From an uncultured Pseudomonadota bacterium (GTDB lineage Bacteria > Pseudomonadota > Alphaproteobacteria > Acetobacterales > Acetobacteraceae), in NCBI GenBank assembly GCA_963822675.1, contig CAWGIP010000009.1, positions 22,665 through 86,664 of the forward strand: 64,000 bases of DNA, read 5' to 3'. This document shows positions 44,792 through 54,462 of this stretch, piece after piece; the stretch's first letter is position 1, and every line of letters starts with the position of its first letter. The translations under genes were made by a program, and so were the position numbers. A model generated the notes under the pieces. The model worked only from the letters and a program-made list of their open reading frames with translations, was not told the DNA's origin and searched no databases.

Positions 44792-45364
44792 ATGTCGGAG
44801 ACAGCCACCCCCCCGCAGACCGGCGGGCAGAACCGTCCGCCGCCGTTGGTGGTGAACATCCAATATGTGAAGGACTTGTCCTTCGAGGTGCCCGGAGCGC
44901 CCCAGATCTTCACCCAGTTGCGGACCCAGCCACATGTGAACATCAACCTGGACGTGCAAGCGCGACGGCTCCAGGAAGGCCAGAGCGCCTTCGAGGTCGC
45001 CCTGGTCATCCGGGCCGAGGCGCAGGACGCCTCGGGCCAACAAGCTGCGGGCCAAGGCAACGGGCAGGGAGTTGGACAAGGTAACGGGCAAGGCGCCGCT
45101 GGCGTTCCGATCACGATGCCGACCGTGTTTGTCGCCGAACTCACCTATGCGGGTGTGTTCACGCTGACCGGCCTGCCGGACAATGCAGTCGAGCCGGTGC
45201 TGCTTGTGGAGTGTCCGCGGATGCTGTTTCCGTTTGCCCGCAACATCCTGGCCGATGTCACGCGCGACGGTGGGTTTCCTCCGGTGCTGCTCCAGCCGAT
45301 CGACTTCGTGGCGCTTTGGCAGGCGCGGCGGGCGGCACAACCGGCACAACCCGCAGTAGCATAA
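44792..45364 (+). CDS. secB: protein-export chaperone SecB with a Gly/Gln-rich insertion
   Basis: LVVNIQYVKDLSFEVPGAPQIF and LLVECPRMLFPFARNILADVTRDGGFPPVLLQPIDF. Inserted segment DASGQQAAGQGNGQGVGQGNGQGAAG. GGAGAG SD before ATG 44792. Confidence 0.85.
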   Translation: MSETATPPQTGGQNRPPPLVVNIQYVKDLSFEVPGAPQIFTQLRTQPHVNINLDVQARRLQEGQSAFEVALVIRAEAQDASGQQAAGQGNGQGVGQGNGQGAAGVPITMPTVFVAELTYAGVFTLTGLPDNAVEPVLLVECPRMLFPFARNILADVTRDGGFPPVLLQPIDFVALWQARRAAQPAQPAVA

Positions 45365-45384
45365 CTGGCCAACCGGCCGCGCGC

Positions 45385-46163
45385 TCAGGCGGCCAATTCA
45401 TGCGCGAACGGGCAGGCGCCTTTGCGCCGTTTGCGGGCAGCGACCGCATAGGCACCGAACGGCCGGTCCGGGTCGGCATTCGGGATTGCGATGCTATCCG
45501 CGTAGTCGGCCCAGTCGGCGGAGCCTAGACTCGCCATGTCGGGGATCAGTTCGGTTGCCCGCAAGGTCTCCTCGGCATAGGCGATTCTCGGCACCGGCTG
45601 GACTTGCGCGAGCGGGAAGTCCGCGCGCAACCGGATCGGAACGTTGGTGCGGGTAAATCTGAGATTGGTGAACAGCGGCCCGAACCAGCGATCGCTTTCC
45701 AGCAGGCCCTCGTACAGTACGTACCCACCCGGCGCGGGCAGGTTGGCGGGAGCTCGGATAAGCAAACTCCAATCCGGTGCCGTGCGCGCCATCAGCCCGG
45801 TCCAAATCTGCAGCGCACCCGGTTCCGGCAGCGCGGTCAGGAAGGGCGGTGAACAACCGGCTAAGGCGGCGGGCGCAGCAGCATCAAACCGCGCGGATTG
45901 GTCGGGGAATTGGGCCGAGGGTTGCAGCGGCAGCCACTCCTCGAGTCCGTCATATCGCCAGAAGATGTCGGCTCCGTCCCAGATCAGGAAAAGATCCATC
46001 GGAGGGAACACCCACCACCATACGCCGTCGCACTGGTAACGGCATCGCAATAACGGTAGGCGCGCGTCGGCAGCGTGCCGGCGGCCGAGCGATCGGCCCG
46101 CTGCGGCGGCCTGGCGGTCTCGATCAAGCGATAGAATCGGGTCGTCGCTTCGGTGGCGCGCAT
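45385..46163 (-). CDS. conserved hypothetical protein (W/F-rich C-terminal domain), N-terminus in a different frame
   Basis: C-terminal about 200 aa (MDLFLIWDGADIFWRYDG...GPLFTNLRFTRTNVPIRLRADFPL...). Candidate N-terminus MRATEATTRFYRLIE in ORF 45984-46262. Confidence 0.4.
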
Positions 46164-46283
46164 CAGCCGTGATCCTTTTTTGGCGCGGGGCGCAGGCGCG
46201 GCGTGGGAGCGGGTAGCGAGGCCGGGGATCGTCCGCGGCGCTGCTGCGCGCGCCGCGGACATCCGGCCTTGGGACGGCGCGCT

Positions 46284-46472
46284 TCAGGAAGCGGAGCGCT
46301 CGGCCGGCAGGCGCATGCCCGCGCCAAGGCGGATACGCCCCGCATCGGCGACATTCGTCGGGATTGACGGCAGAGCGCGCGTGGTGGGCAGGCGCATCCC
46401 CGCGCCGAACGAAATTTTGCCGGCATCGGCGACATTGGCGGGCAGCGACGGCAGCGTGTTTGCATCGTTCAT
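46284..46472 (-). CDS. small ORF (62 aa) containing a 22-aa tandem duplication LPS[LI]P[AT]NVADAG[KR]I..GAGMRLP
   Basis: ATG at 46472. DNA shows two about 66-bp direct repeats (ggcaggcgcatscccgcgcc...catcggcgacatt...gacggcag). Weak RBS. Coding status uncertain. Confidence 0.2.
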   Translation of the reverse strand: MNDANTLPSLPANVADAGKISFGAGMRLPTTRALPSIPTNVADAGRIRLGAGMRLPAERSAS

Positions 46473-46814
46473 GGAGAGACCCTGTGACTGCTCTGGTTTG
46501 GCCAGCCCGGGCGGATCCCGCCCGCCATCCCCAATATGCGCCGCCGCGCAAAGCGGCGCCCTCAGGCACAGCTTGCGCGGCGGGACTGGATCGCTTTTCG
46601 GGGACGACGGGCACCGAACATAGTTCGCCCGTTGACGAGCAGCGTGATAAATTCGTCATAGCACCGAAGTCAAGCTTTTTTTCCTAACGGGCTCGACTTC
46701 GTGTGCGTGCTGCATACGAAATCGGTTGTGGAATGAACGGCGGCGAGTTAATATTCGGCTAACACCTTCGATGCGGATGCACGCCGTCCATCGCCGATCC
46801 ATGCGTAAGTCGCA

Positions 46815-48812
46815 ATGACCGAGACCGCCGTATGCGCCCCCCGGGTCCCGCCGCGGTGCCAGCTTCGGATAACGTTGTTCGGGCGAATGCGGGCCGAGGA
46901 TGGAAATGGCCGGTCGGTCCTGCCGCACGGGCGTAAAACGCGCGCTTTGTTGGCAATTCTCGCACTGCGCGCTTCGCAGTCGGTGCTCCGCACCGAGATT
47001 ACCGCCCTGCTATGGAGCAGGCGGGATCCCCCGCAGGCGCGCGCATCGCTGCGACAGGCGGTGCATGAGTTGCAGCTAGCGCTCGGAACAGGGGCAGACC
47101 TGCTCGATGCGGAGCGGAACTATCTCGCGCTGCGGCACGAAGGGCTCTGGGTCGATGTCGTGATGCTTCTGCGGGCGACACCCGGCCAGCCCGATGCTCT
47201 CGCCCATTTTCGGTCCGCGCTTTTGCAAGACCTTGCCGGCATCGATCCCGCATTCGATCGCTGGATGGCGACCGAGCACGATCGGATGACGTGCCAGGCG
47301 CGGTCGGTGGCGGAGACCGCGCTGTCGCGCGCTCAAAGTCCCGGAGCTGCTATCGACGCCGCCGAAATGTTGCTGGCGATCGACGGCGGCCACGAGGTTG
47401 CCTGGCGTGCCCTCATCCAGTCGCACGCCGCGCTTGGCGACCGGTCCGCCGCCATGTTGGCGTACGAACGGTGCAAAACGGCATTGGCCAACCGGGTACG
47501 GCTCGATCCCTCCCCGGAAACCGAGGAGTTGGCCGCCGGAATCAGGTTGGGCGGGCATTTATCAACCAACGTCTCCGTGCAGCTTGTCGGCCCGCAGGCC
47601 TGTTTAGCTGCAGTAGGCCGAATCTCGTCGCGCATACGATTGGGGGTCACGCAATTTCGCGGCATTCCCGGCTCGACTGAGGCGGCGCTTGCGGCGGGCC
47701 TGTCCGAGGAACTCGTCGCCGCGCTGGCCTGCTTTCGCTCCATCGTATGTGTGCCCTGCGGCACTATCCCCGGTCTGGCCGGATGGGCCGGTGGCATGCC
47801 GGAGGGTGCTGAAACCCTCGAACTTGATTGTCTGCTCGATGGCTCCGTGCAGACGGATCGCGAACGAGTGCGGGTGACGGTCCGCGTGATCGATCTGCGC
47901 GCGGGCGGGGGTGTTGTATGGGCGAGGCGCTTCGATCGTGACTTTACCTGTCTGTTTGATTTGCAGGACGAGATCAGCGCGGCGCTATCGGCCCAGATCG
48001 AGGCGAGGCTGCTGGTCAGTCCGCCAGCGCGCGCGATCAGCCCTGAGGCAGCTGCGTCCGCGGCACTTTTGGGCTGGGCGGTTCCGGCCCTGCACCGGAT
48101 GGACCGCGAGCCGTTCCTGGCCGCGGGGGCGGTACTGAAGCAGGCGTTGCGTCTTGATCCGCTGAACGTTGCCGCTTGTATCTGGCTGTCCCATTGGTAC
48201 GTGTTCGCCGCGGGGCAGGGGTGGGTTCAAGACCGGCGCGCGGCCTCCGCCCAATCACGCGAGTTTGCCGCGCAGGCGATTGGACTCGATCCGGACGACG
48301 CACGGGCTCTCGCCTTATCCGGCCATATCAGCGGCTTTATCGACCAAAGGCCCGATGAAGCGCAGGCGCTGCACGCGCGCGCGATTCAGGCAAACCCCAA
48401 CCTGCCGCTAGCCTGGTGCCTGTCGGGGCTGACCGAGAGTTATCTGGGCCGATACGACGAAGCGATCCGGCAAATCAACCGCGCCATTGCACTGTCCCCG
48501 GATGATCCGCTTACTTTCTTCTTCGAGGCGTCGCTCGCCATTCCGCATCTGCTGAACGGCGACTACCTCGCCGCCGTGCGTATCGGCCAGCGGGCGATCG
48601 CGCTCAATCCCGGATTGTCTTCGGCCTACAAGACGCAGCTCGCAGCGCTCGGACATCTTGGATACGCCGACGAAGCCGCGACGATCCGTGCTCAACTCCT
48701 TGCGCTGGAGCCTCGGTTTTCGGTTGACCAGGCGATGGAACGTTCGAGCATCGCCAATTCAGAAGGCCGAGCTTGCTACGCCGAGGGGCTACGCCTGGCG
48801 GGCCTGGCCTGA
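46815..48812 (+). CDS. SARP-like transcriptional regulator (winged-helix DNA-binding plus BTAD, central TolB-N-like region, C-terminal TPR)
   Basis: LRITLFGRMRAEDGNGRSVLPHGRKTRALLAILAL, a BTAD helix bundle, TPR-like AIALNPGLSSAY. 665-aa intact ORF. Confidence 0.7.
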   Translation: MTETAVCAPRVPPRCQLRITLFGRMRAEDGNGRSVLPHGRKTRALLAILALRASQSVLRTEITALLWSRRDPPQARASLRQAVHELQLALGTGADLLDAERNYLALRHEGLWVDVVMLLRATPGQPDALAHFRSALLQDLAGIDPAFDRWMATEHDRMTCQARSVAETALSRAQSPGAAIDAAEMLLAIDGGHEVAWRALIQSHAALGDRSAAMLAYERCKTALANRVRLDPSPETEELAAGIRLGGHLSTNVSVQLVGPQACLAAVGRISSRIRLGVTQFRGIPGSTEAALAAGLSEELVAALACFRSIVCVPCGTIPGLAGWAGGMPEGAETLELDCLLDGSVQTDRERVRVTVRVIDLRAGGGVVWARRFDRDFTCLFDLQDEISAALSAQIEARLLVSPPARAISPEAAASAALLGWAVPALHRMDREPFLAAGAVLKQALRLDPLNVAACIWLSHWYVFAAGQGWVQDRRAASAQSREFAAQAIGLDPDDARALALSGHISGFIDQRPDEAQALHARAIQANPNLPLAWCLSGLTESYLGRYDEAIRQINRAIALSPDDPLTFFFEASLAIPHLLNGDYLAAVRIGQRAIALNPGLSSAYKTQLAALGHLGYADEAATIRAQLLALEPRFSVDQAMERSSIANSEGRACYAEGLRLAGLA

Positions 48813-48834
48813 AGCGACCCGGCGCCGAACAGGT

Positions 48835-50097
48835 TCATCGCTCGATCCGTTCGATATCCGCCCCGCAGGCCGCGAGTTTCTGCTCGACGGCCTCGTAGCC
48901 GCGGTCCAGGTGATAGACGCGGTTGACAATCGTCTCGCCCGTAGCTGCCAAACCCGCGAGGATCAGTGAAACCGAAGCGCGCAAGTCTGTTGCCATGACC
49001 GGTGCTCCCGAGAGGGAGGAAACGCCGCGCACAATCGCAGAGGCACCGTGTACGTTGATCCGCGCGCCCATGCGGTTCAGTTCGGGTACGTGCATGAAAC
49101 GGTTCTCGAACACGGTCTCGGTGACCATGGCCGCTCCGTCCGCCACGGACATCAGTGCCATGAACTGCGCTTGCATATCGGTGGGAAAGCCGGGATAGGG
49201 CTCGGTCATTGCATCAACGCCGCGCAGGCCATTAACGCGCCGCACCTCCAGACCGTCTGGCTGTTCGACGATTTCCACTCCCGCCTCACGCAAGGTGCGG
49301 GCGACGGCGCCCAGATGCGCGAGCCGACCGTTGCGCAGCCTAAGATGCCCGCCGGTGATCGCTGCGGCGCAGGCATAAGTGGCGGTCTCGATCCGGTCGG
49401 GTATGATCGGGTGCCAAGCCCCGTGCAAGCGCTCGACGCCCTCGATCACGAGCTGATCGGTGCCGATCCCGGCGATCCGCGCGCCCATCGCAACCAGGCA
49501 GGTAGCCAAATCGCTGATTTCCGGTTCCCGCGCGGCGTTGGCGAGCACGGTTTGGCCATCGGCTAGTACCGCCGCCATCAACAGGTTTTCGGTCGCACCC
49601 ACGGAGACGAACGGGAATACGATGCGGGCGCCCTGCAAACGGCCACGCACGCGCGCGTCGATATACCCGCCTTCGAGCACGATCGCGGCCCCCATCTGCT
49701 CCAACCCCTTCAGGTGCAGATCGACCGGCCGCGTGCCAATGGCGCATCCGCCGGGAAGCGACACGCGCGCTTCTCCGATCCGAGCCAGCAACGGGCCGAG
49801 CACCAGAACGGATGCGCGCATCTTACGTACAATGTCGTAAGGAGCTTCGGAATTGCTGATACCGCCGCCGATCGAAAGCGTCCGGCCGTCAGCGGAAAGC
49901 CGTTCGACAGCGCTGCCGTGTTGCGTGATCAGGCTGGCCATCGTTTCAATGTCGGCGAGCAACGGCACGTTCTGGAGCACCAGCCGTTCTTCGGTCAGCA
50001 TGCCCGCCGTCATGAGCGGAAGGGCGGCGTTCTTGGCGCCGCCGATGACGATTTCACCTTGCAGCGGTCGCCCGCCGCGGATCGCTATACTATCCAC
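48835..50097 (-). CDS. murA: UDP-N-acetylglucosamine 1-carboxyvinyltransferase
   Basis: [29 protein letters not shown], 420-aa intact ORF. Confidence 0.9.
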   Translation of the reverse strand: MDSIAIRGGRPLQGEIVIGGAKNAALPLMTAGMLTEERLVLQNVPLLADIETMASLITQHGSAVERLSADGRTLSIGGGISNSEAPYDIVRKMRASVLVLGPLLARIGEARVSLPGGCAIGTRPVDLHLKGLEQMGAAIVLEGGYIDARVRGRLQGARIVFPFVSVGATENLLMAAVLADGQTVLANAAREPEISDLATCLVAMGARIAGIGTDQLVIEGVERLHGAWHPIIPDRIETATYACAAAITGGHLRLRNGRLAHLGAVARTLREAGVEIVEQPDGLEVRRVNGLRGVDAMTEPYPGFPTDMQAQFMALMSVADGAAMVTETVFENRFMHVPELNRMGARINVHGASAIVRGVSSLSGAPVMATDLRASVSLILAGLAATGETIVNRVYHLDRGYEAVEQKLAACGADIERIER

Positions 50098-50100
50098 GGC

Positions 50101-50655
50101 CTAAAGCTTCGGCAGCGCGACCCCGCGCTGGCGCATGTATTTGCCCGCCTTGTCAGCGTAACTTGTCTCGCATGGCTCGTTGCCGTGCAGGAACAAGAAC
50201 TGACAGATGCCTTCATGCGCGTAAATCTTGGCGGGTAGAGGCGTGGTGTTGCTGATCTCGATTGTCACCTGCCCCTCCCATTCGGGCTCCAGCGGTGTGA
50301 CGTTGACGATGATTCCGCATCGCGCATAGGTCGATTTGCCGAGGCAGATGACAAGCACATCGCGCGGGATGCGGAAATACTCAACCGTGTGGCCGAGCGC
50401 GAAACTGTTCGGCGGGATGATGCAGATATCGGCGGTGCGGTCCACGAAGCTGGTGGGCGCGAACGCCTTCGGATCGACCACCGCCGAATCGATATTGGTG
50501 AAGATTTTGAACAAGTCGGACACCCGCGCGTCGTAGCCGTAACTGGACAGGCCATAGCTGATCAGCCCGGGCCGTTTCACGCCTTCCGCGAACGGCTCGA
50601 TCATGCCGTGCTCCAGGGCCATGCGGCGAATCCAGCGGTCGGACATGACGGGCAT
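50101..50655 (-). CDS. dcd: dCTP deaminase
   Basis: [22 protein letters not shown]...[13 protein letters not shown]. The longer upstream in-frame extension belongs to the IS1595 remnant. Confidence 0.8.
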   Translation of the reverse strand: MPVMSDRWIRRMALEHGMIEPFAEGVKRPGLISYGLSSYGYDARVSDLFKIFTNIDSAVVDPKAFAPTSFVDRTADICIIPPNSFALGHTVEYFRIPRDVLVICLGKSTYARCGIIVNVTPLEPEWEGQVTIEISNTTPLPAKIYAHEGICQFLFLHGNEPCETSYADKAGKYMRQRGVALPKL

Positions 50656-50729
50656 CGGGTGAGCGACTCCAGGCAGGTGCGGGGCGCGTTCCTGTAGCGC
50701 ACGACTCGAGAGCGCGGCAAATAGGAAAG

Positions 50730-50835
50730 CGCGAATTTCTACAAACCGGGCATGCGCTTCCGCGTCCGTCAGACGAAGGATGGACGCCAACGAGAGCGTC
50801 CTTGCCTTCGCTGAAAGAACGAAGTGCTGCGCCAT
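50730..50835 (-). pseudogene. N-terminal remnant (about 35 aa) of an IS1595-family transposase
   Basis: [35 protein letters not shown] resembles the characteristic IS1595/ISXO2-like transposase N-terminus (from memory: MxQHFLLSxxARTLSL...RW). It is truncated and runs in frame into the dcd upstream region. Confidence 0.35.
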
Positions 50836-50875
50836 TTGCGCATCATGCGCGAGTTGCTTCCGCATGGGCAATGCC

Positions 50876-51853
50876 TTAGTGTCCGTCCGGCAAGTTCGCA
50901 GAGTCTTTCGAATTGGTTGGCGGAATTCGGCGGAAGCGCTTGATCCGGCGCAGATTGGTGTGAGTCTATCCGGGGCACCAATTCGCGAGGTGCCGCATGT
51001 GGACGATCGCGACTCGCGCCCGACATAACCGGGACAAGTTGCGTTACCCGAGCGATCTGACGGACGAAGAATGGGCGCATGTGGCGCCGCTGATCCCGCC
51101 GGCCAAGCACGGCGGGCGCAGGCGTCGGGTGGATGAGCGCACCGTGGTGAACGGCATCATGTATGTGCTCGGCACCGGCTGCCAGTGGCGTTCCGTACCC
51201 AAGGATCTGCCGCCGAAGAGCACGCTGCATGACTACCTGAGCCGCTGGGATTACGACGGCACGCTACAGCGGATCCATCACACGCTGTATGTGAAGTGTC
51301 GCGAACGGCTCGGCCGGGAGGCGAGCCCGACCGGCTGTGTGTTGGACAGTCAAAGCGTCAAGAGCGCTGAAAAAGGGGGCGCTGCATTGACCCGAACGGG
51401 TATGATGCGGGCAAGAAGATCAAGGGCAAGAAGCGGCACATTCTGGTCGACACGCTTGGCCTGCTGCTGAATGCGGTGGTGCATCCGGCCGATGTCCAGG
51501 ACCGGACGGTGGCGTGCTGGTGTTGACCGGCCTGTTCGGATTGTTCCCGTTTTTATCCAAGCTGTTCGCCGACGGTGGCTACCAGAGACCGCAATTCCGC
51601 AAGGAACTGGCGAAGTTGCTTCCGCGACTTTCCGTCGAGATCGTGAAGCGGTCCGATCAGGCGCGCGGCTTTGCCGTTCTGCCCAAGCGAGGGTTGTGGA
51701 ACGGACTTTCGCCTGGCTCAATCGCTGCCGCCGATTGGCTAAGGATTGGGAAAACCTGACACGCAACGCCGTGGCATTCATCCGCCTCGCCTCAATCCAG
51801 CTAATGCTGCGAAAGCTCTGCAATCCCACGTGAACTTTCCGGACGGACTCTAA
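50876..51853 (+). mobile_element. IS5-family insertion sequence (IS427/IS1031-like, about 978 bp) with imperfect 24-bp terminal inverted repeats
   Basis: Left IR TTAGTGTCCGTCCGGCAAGTTCGC (50876-50899) against the reverse complement of the right end TTAGAGTCCGTCCGGAAAGTTCAC (51830-51853). Encloses the transposase ORFs. Confidence 0.8.
50997..51833 (+). CDS. IS5-family transposase (DUF4096 N-terminus plus DDE domain), split over three or four frames
   Basis: N-terminal [56 protein letters not shown] part [31 protein letters not shown]...[24 protein letters not shown]. One shift may be the programmed -1 frameshift of the IS427 group; the rest look like indels. Confidence 0.8.
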
Positions 51854-52107
51854 GCGGTCTCGCATACGGATTTCATGCGTAAGGGCCTCACAGGTATGTA
51901 CAAAATGCATATCGGCCATGTACTTCAATTGGTTGTACTCGGCTCTTGACGTCCTCATTGTTGGCCAGATCAGGTGTTTCCCATGTATCGAAAGGATCAG
52001 TGGGCTATTGAGGCTGTAATAGGAATGTGGAAGTCAACTAATCACCGCTTCCGTGGGATAACAATCTTCAAACGCCTACCGTAAGGCGACAGCTCTACCA
52101 GTCCGCG

Positions 52108-52200
52108 CAAGTTCTGACTCATTTCCGCTCATTCCCGCGCAAGCGGGAATCCAGGCCGACAGCAGAAATGGGGCGCATCCGCCTGGATCCCCGCTTTCGC
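52108..52200. repeat. ~90-bp imperfect palindrome made of two related hairpins (ttcccgcgcaagcgggaa ... atccccgctttcgcggggat)
   Basis: Arms ccgctcattcccgcgcaagcgggaatccagg and cctggatccccgctttcgcggggatgagcgg are near reverse complements around a 26-bp centre. Confidence 0.45.
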
Positions 52201-52235
52201 GGGGATGAGCGGAAGGGGTCAATGACCTGTCGATT

Positions 52236-52256
52236 GGTATTATATTATATTATATT
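52236..52256. repeat. (TATTA)4 pentanucleotide microsatellite, an AT island in a GC-rich context
   Basis: ggtattatattatattatattaacg, read directly. Confidence 0.6.
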
Positions 52257-52367
52257 AACGAGATCAGGACCAGTGAAGCAGTTCATCGAGTTTGTGCGCG
52301 GGTTGACTCAAAAGCCACCTTCCTCAATCATCAACAGCCAAGGGGCCCGCCTTCGGTCAGCCGTCGG

Positions 52368-53063
52368 TTACGCGGCCACAGCGCGACGCAGTGCCGCGCG
52401 CGCGAGCAGCCGGGTCGAGTTGAGCGTTGACAGCGGCGAGTTGGCGTCGTTCAGGATCAGCGGGATCTCTGTGCAGCCAAGCACCACCGCGTCGCAGCCG
52501 GCGTCCTTCATCCGGGCGCAGACACGCTGAAAATAGGCAACTGCTTCGGCCTTGAAGACGCTGCACACCAACTCGTCCATGATAATACGGTTGATCTCGT
52601 CGCGCTCCTCCGGAGTTGGCCGCATGTAGGCCAGTTCCCGCGCCATCAACGCATCCGGATAGACCTCGCTGTCGACCAGCCAACGCGTGCCGGTGATCGC
52701 GAGGCGCTCGAAGCCGCGCGCCACCGCTTCGCTCGCGACCTCCTCGGCGATGTGCAGCCAGGGCAGCGGCGAGCGCCGCACCACCCGGGGCAGCGCCTGG
52801 TGGATGGTGTTGTCGGGGCAGATGAGGAAATCTGCGCCAACCGCTTTCAGCTTGTGCGCGGAGGCGAGCATCAATTCGCCCACGCCCGCCCAGTCGCCTC
52901 GGTAGATACAGGCCATGTAGTCGGCCAGCGATGAGGTGTGCACCGTGACCTCGGGATGTGCGTGCGGGCCAAGGAACGCTGCGCCCTCGACGCAGATCGT
53001 GCGGTAACACAGCGCCGCGCCCTCCGCCGAGCAGGCGACGATGCCAATATGTCGAGGTGTCAT
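52368..53063 (-). CDS. aspartate/glutamate/hydantoin racemase family protein
   Basis: MTPRHIGIVACSAEGAALCY...VVLGCTEIPL two-cysteine racemase pattern. 231-aa intact ORF. Confidence 0.7.
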   Translation of the reverse strand: MTPRHIGIVACSAEGAALCYRTICVEGAAFLGPHAHPEVTVHTSSLADYMACIYRGDWAGVGELMLASAHKLKAVGADFLICPDNTIHQALPRVVRRSPLPWLHIAEEVASEAVARGFERLAITGTRWLVDSEVYPDALMARELAYMRPTPEERDEINRIIMDELVCSVFKAEAVAYFQRVCARMKDAGCDAVVLGCTEIPLILNDANSPLSTLNSTRLLARAALRRAVAA

Positions 53064-53159
53064 GACGAATGTCCGGTGAAGCGTTCGAGGTGGTAGATCA
53101 TCTCGATCAGGCCACGCGCAGCGCTGCTGCGACGAGCAATCGCCTAACAGCGCTCAACA

Positions 53160-53507
53160 TCAATCGATGTAACTAGAGACTGGACGAATTTCGATTGCGC
53201 CAACTTGCGGCACTCGCTTGGCGATGTCGATGGCCTCGTCGAGATTGGCCGCCTCGATAAGATAGAAACCGCCCAGTTGTTCCTTTGTTTCGGCAAAGGG
53301 ACCGTCGTGAACAGTTTTGTCGCTGCCGTTGGTACGCACTGTCATGGCTGTGGTGGTGCTTTTCAGGCCAGCGCTGCCGAGACGCTTGGCTCCAAGGACC
53401 TGACTAACGGCCCTGTGCTTCGCATCGCAATCTTGGTCGCTCGTTCCCGCTTCCTCGGGGACTTACACGTCTTCATCTTGGTAGATCAGCAGTGCGTATT
53501 TCATGAT
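53160..53507 (-). CDS. YciI-family protein, one frameshift near 53440
   Basis: N-terminus MKYALLIYQDEDV at 53507 (reverse complement of ...atgaaatacgcactgctgatctacca...). C-terminal part GPFAETKEQLGGFYLIEAANLDEAIDIAKRVP in ORF 53160-53345. Confidence 0.6.
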
Positions 53508-53696
53508 CGATCTCCTATACGAAGGTAGGGTCTCGGCGCGCGCCCATGACGAGGCCCGAGACTCGCGGGGGTTGCAGACGGCCGTTCGTAATCACGGGCG
53601 CCTCCGCGGCGGCGGCGATGCATTTTTGCGCGGCCGAGCAGAGCATGGACCTCGTCGCGGCCTCTGGCGGAAGGTCGAAGACATGGGAGGCGCGGT

Positions 53697-54438
53697 TCAG
53701 CGCCTGTCCGTGCCCAGATCGTCGGAAAACCCGGCCTTCAGACGAGACCACTGGGAGGTGGGACGTCCATTGGTACGCAGCGTGTCCATATTGTCCCCTT
53801 GCGGCCAGCCAATCGGCGAGTCCTCCCACGTCTCCTGCCGCCCGTAGACGGTCAGGTCGAGCAACCGGTAGCTGTTATCCATCGCCTCGACGCCGCGACG
53901 TGTGGTCCAGTAAGTCTCGAACACTTTGGAGCCTTGTCGCAGGTAGCAAACAATATGCATCATGCCGACCCGGCGTCCAACCAGGAGGGTTTCGAGCGAA
54001 TTCAGGGCCGAGTACCAGGGCATTTCCCAGCCCATGAAGTCGCGGTACCGGGCGCTCTCTTCGTACGGGCCTTGGCAAAACGGCGAACGTGACGTCGCGA
54101 GAATGAATGTTGGACAGCTCGCGGACCTGCGATGTAGCCCAGGTGCATCCCTCGCACTGCTCCGGCGCCGGTTGGCCGGTGTACCACATGAAATAGTAAG
54201 CGATCAGCATCCGGCGGCCTTCAAAGGCATCCAGGAGTGTCACCGCGCCAGGTTCGCCAACGAGCGGTATTGCGCCATCGACCTCGACCATGGGCAGCCG
54301 CCGGCGGGTGGCTGCAATCGCGTCGCCTTCTCGTGTGTGGGCTTTCTCCCGAACCCGCAGCGCCTCCAGCTCAGCCTGGAAAGTGGCCCGATCGACCACC
54401 GCAGGCGCCGAACGCCCATCTCTCGTGAAGTCTGTCAT
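53697..54438 (-). CDS. DUF899 thioredoxin-like family protein, paralog 1, one frameshift near 54010
   Basis: N-terminal half with FEGRRMLIAYYFMW...CEGC (ORF 53875-54438). C-terminal half MGWEMPWYSALNS...RQETWEDSP (ORF 53697-54035). Confidence 0.6.
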
Positions 54439-54462
54439 CGTTCTCTCCGTGAGTGCCCTGGC

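Noticed and set aside
46153-46687. Plus-strand ORFs 46153-46623 and 46364-46687 as genes
   Set aside because: They overlap the minus-strand repeat region and hypothetical gene, and are Arg/Ala-rich GC-frame artefacts.
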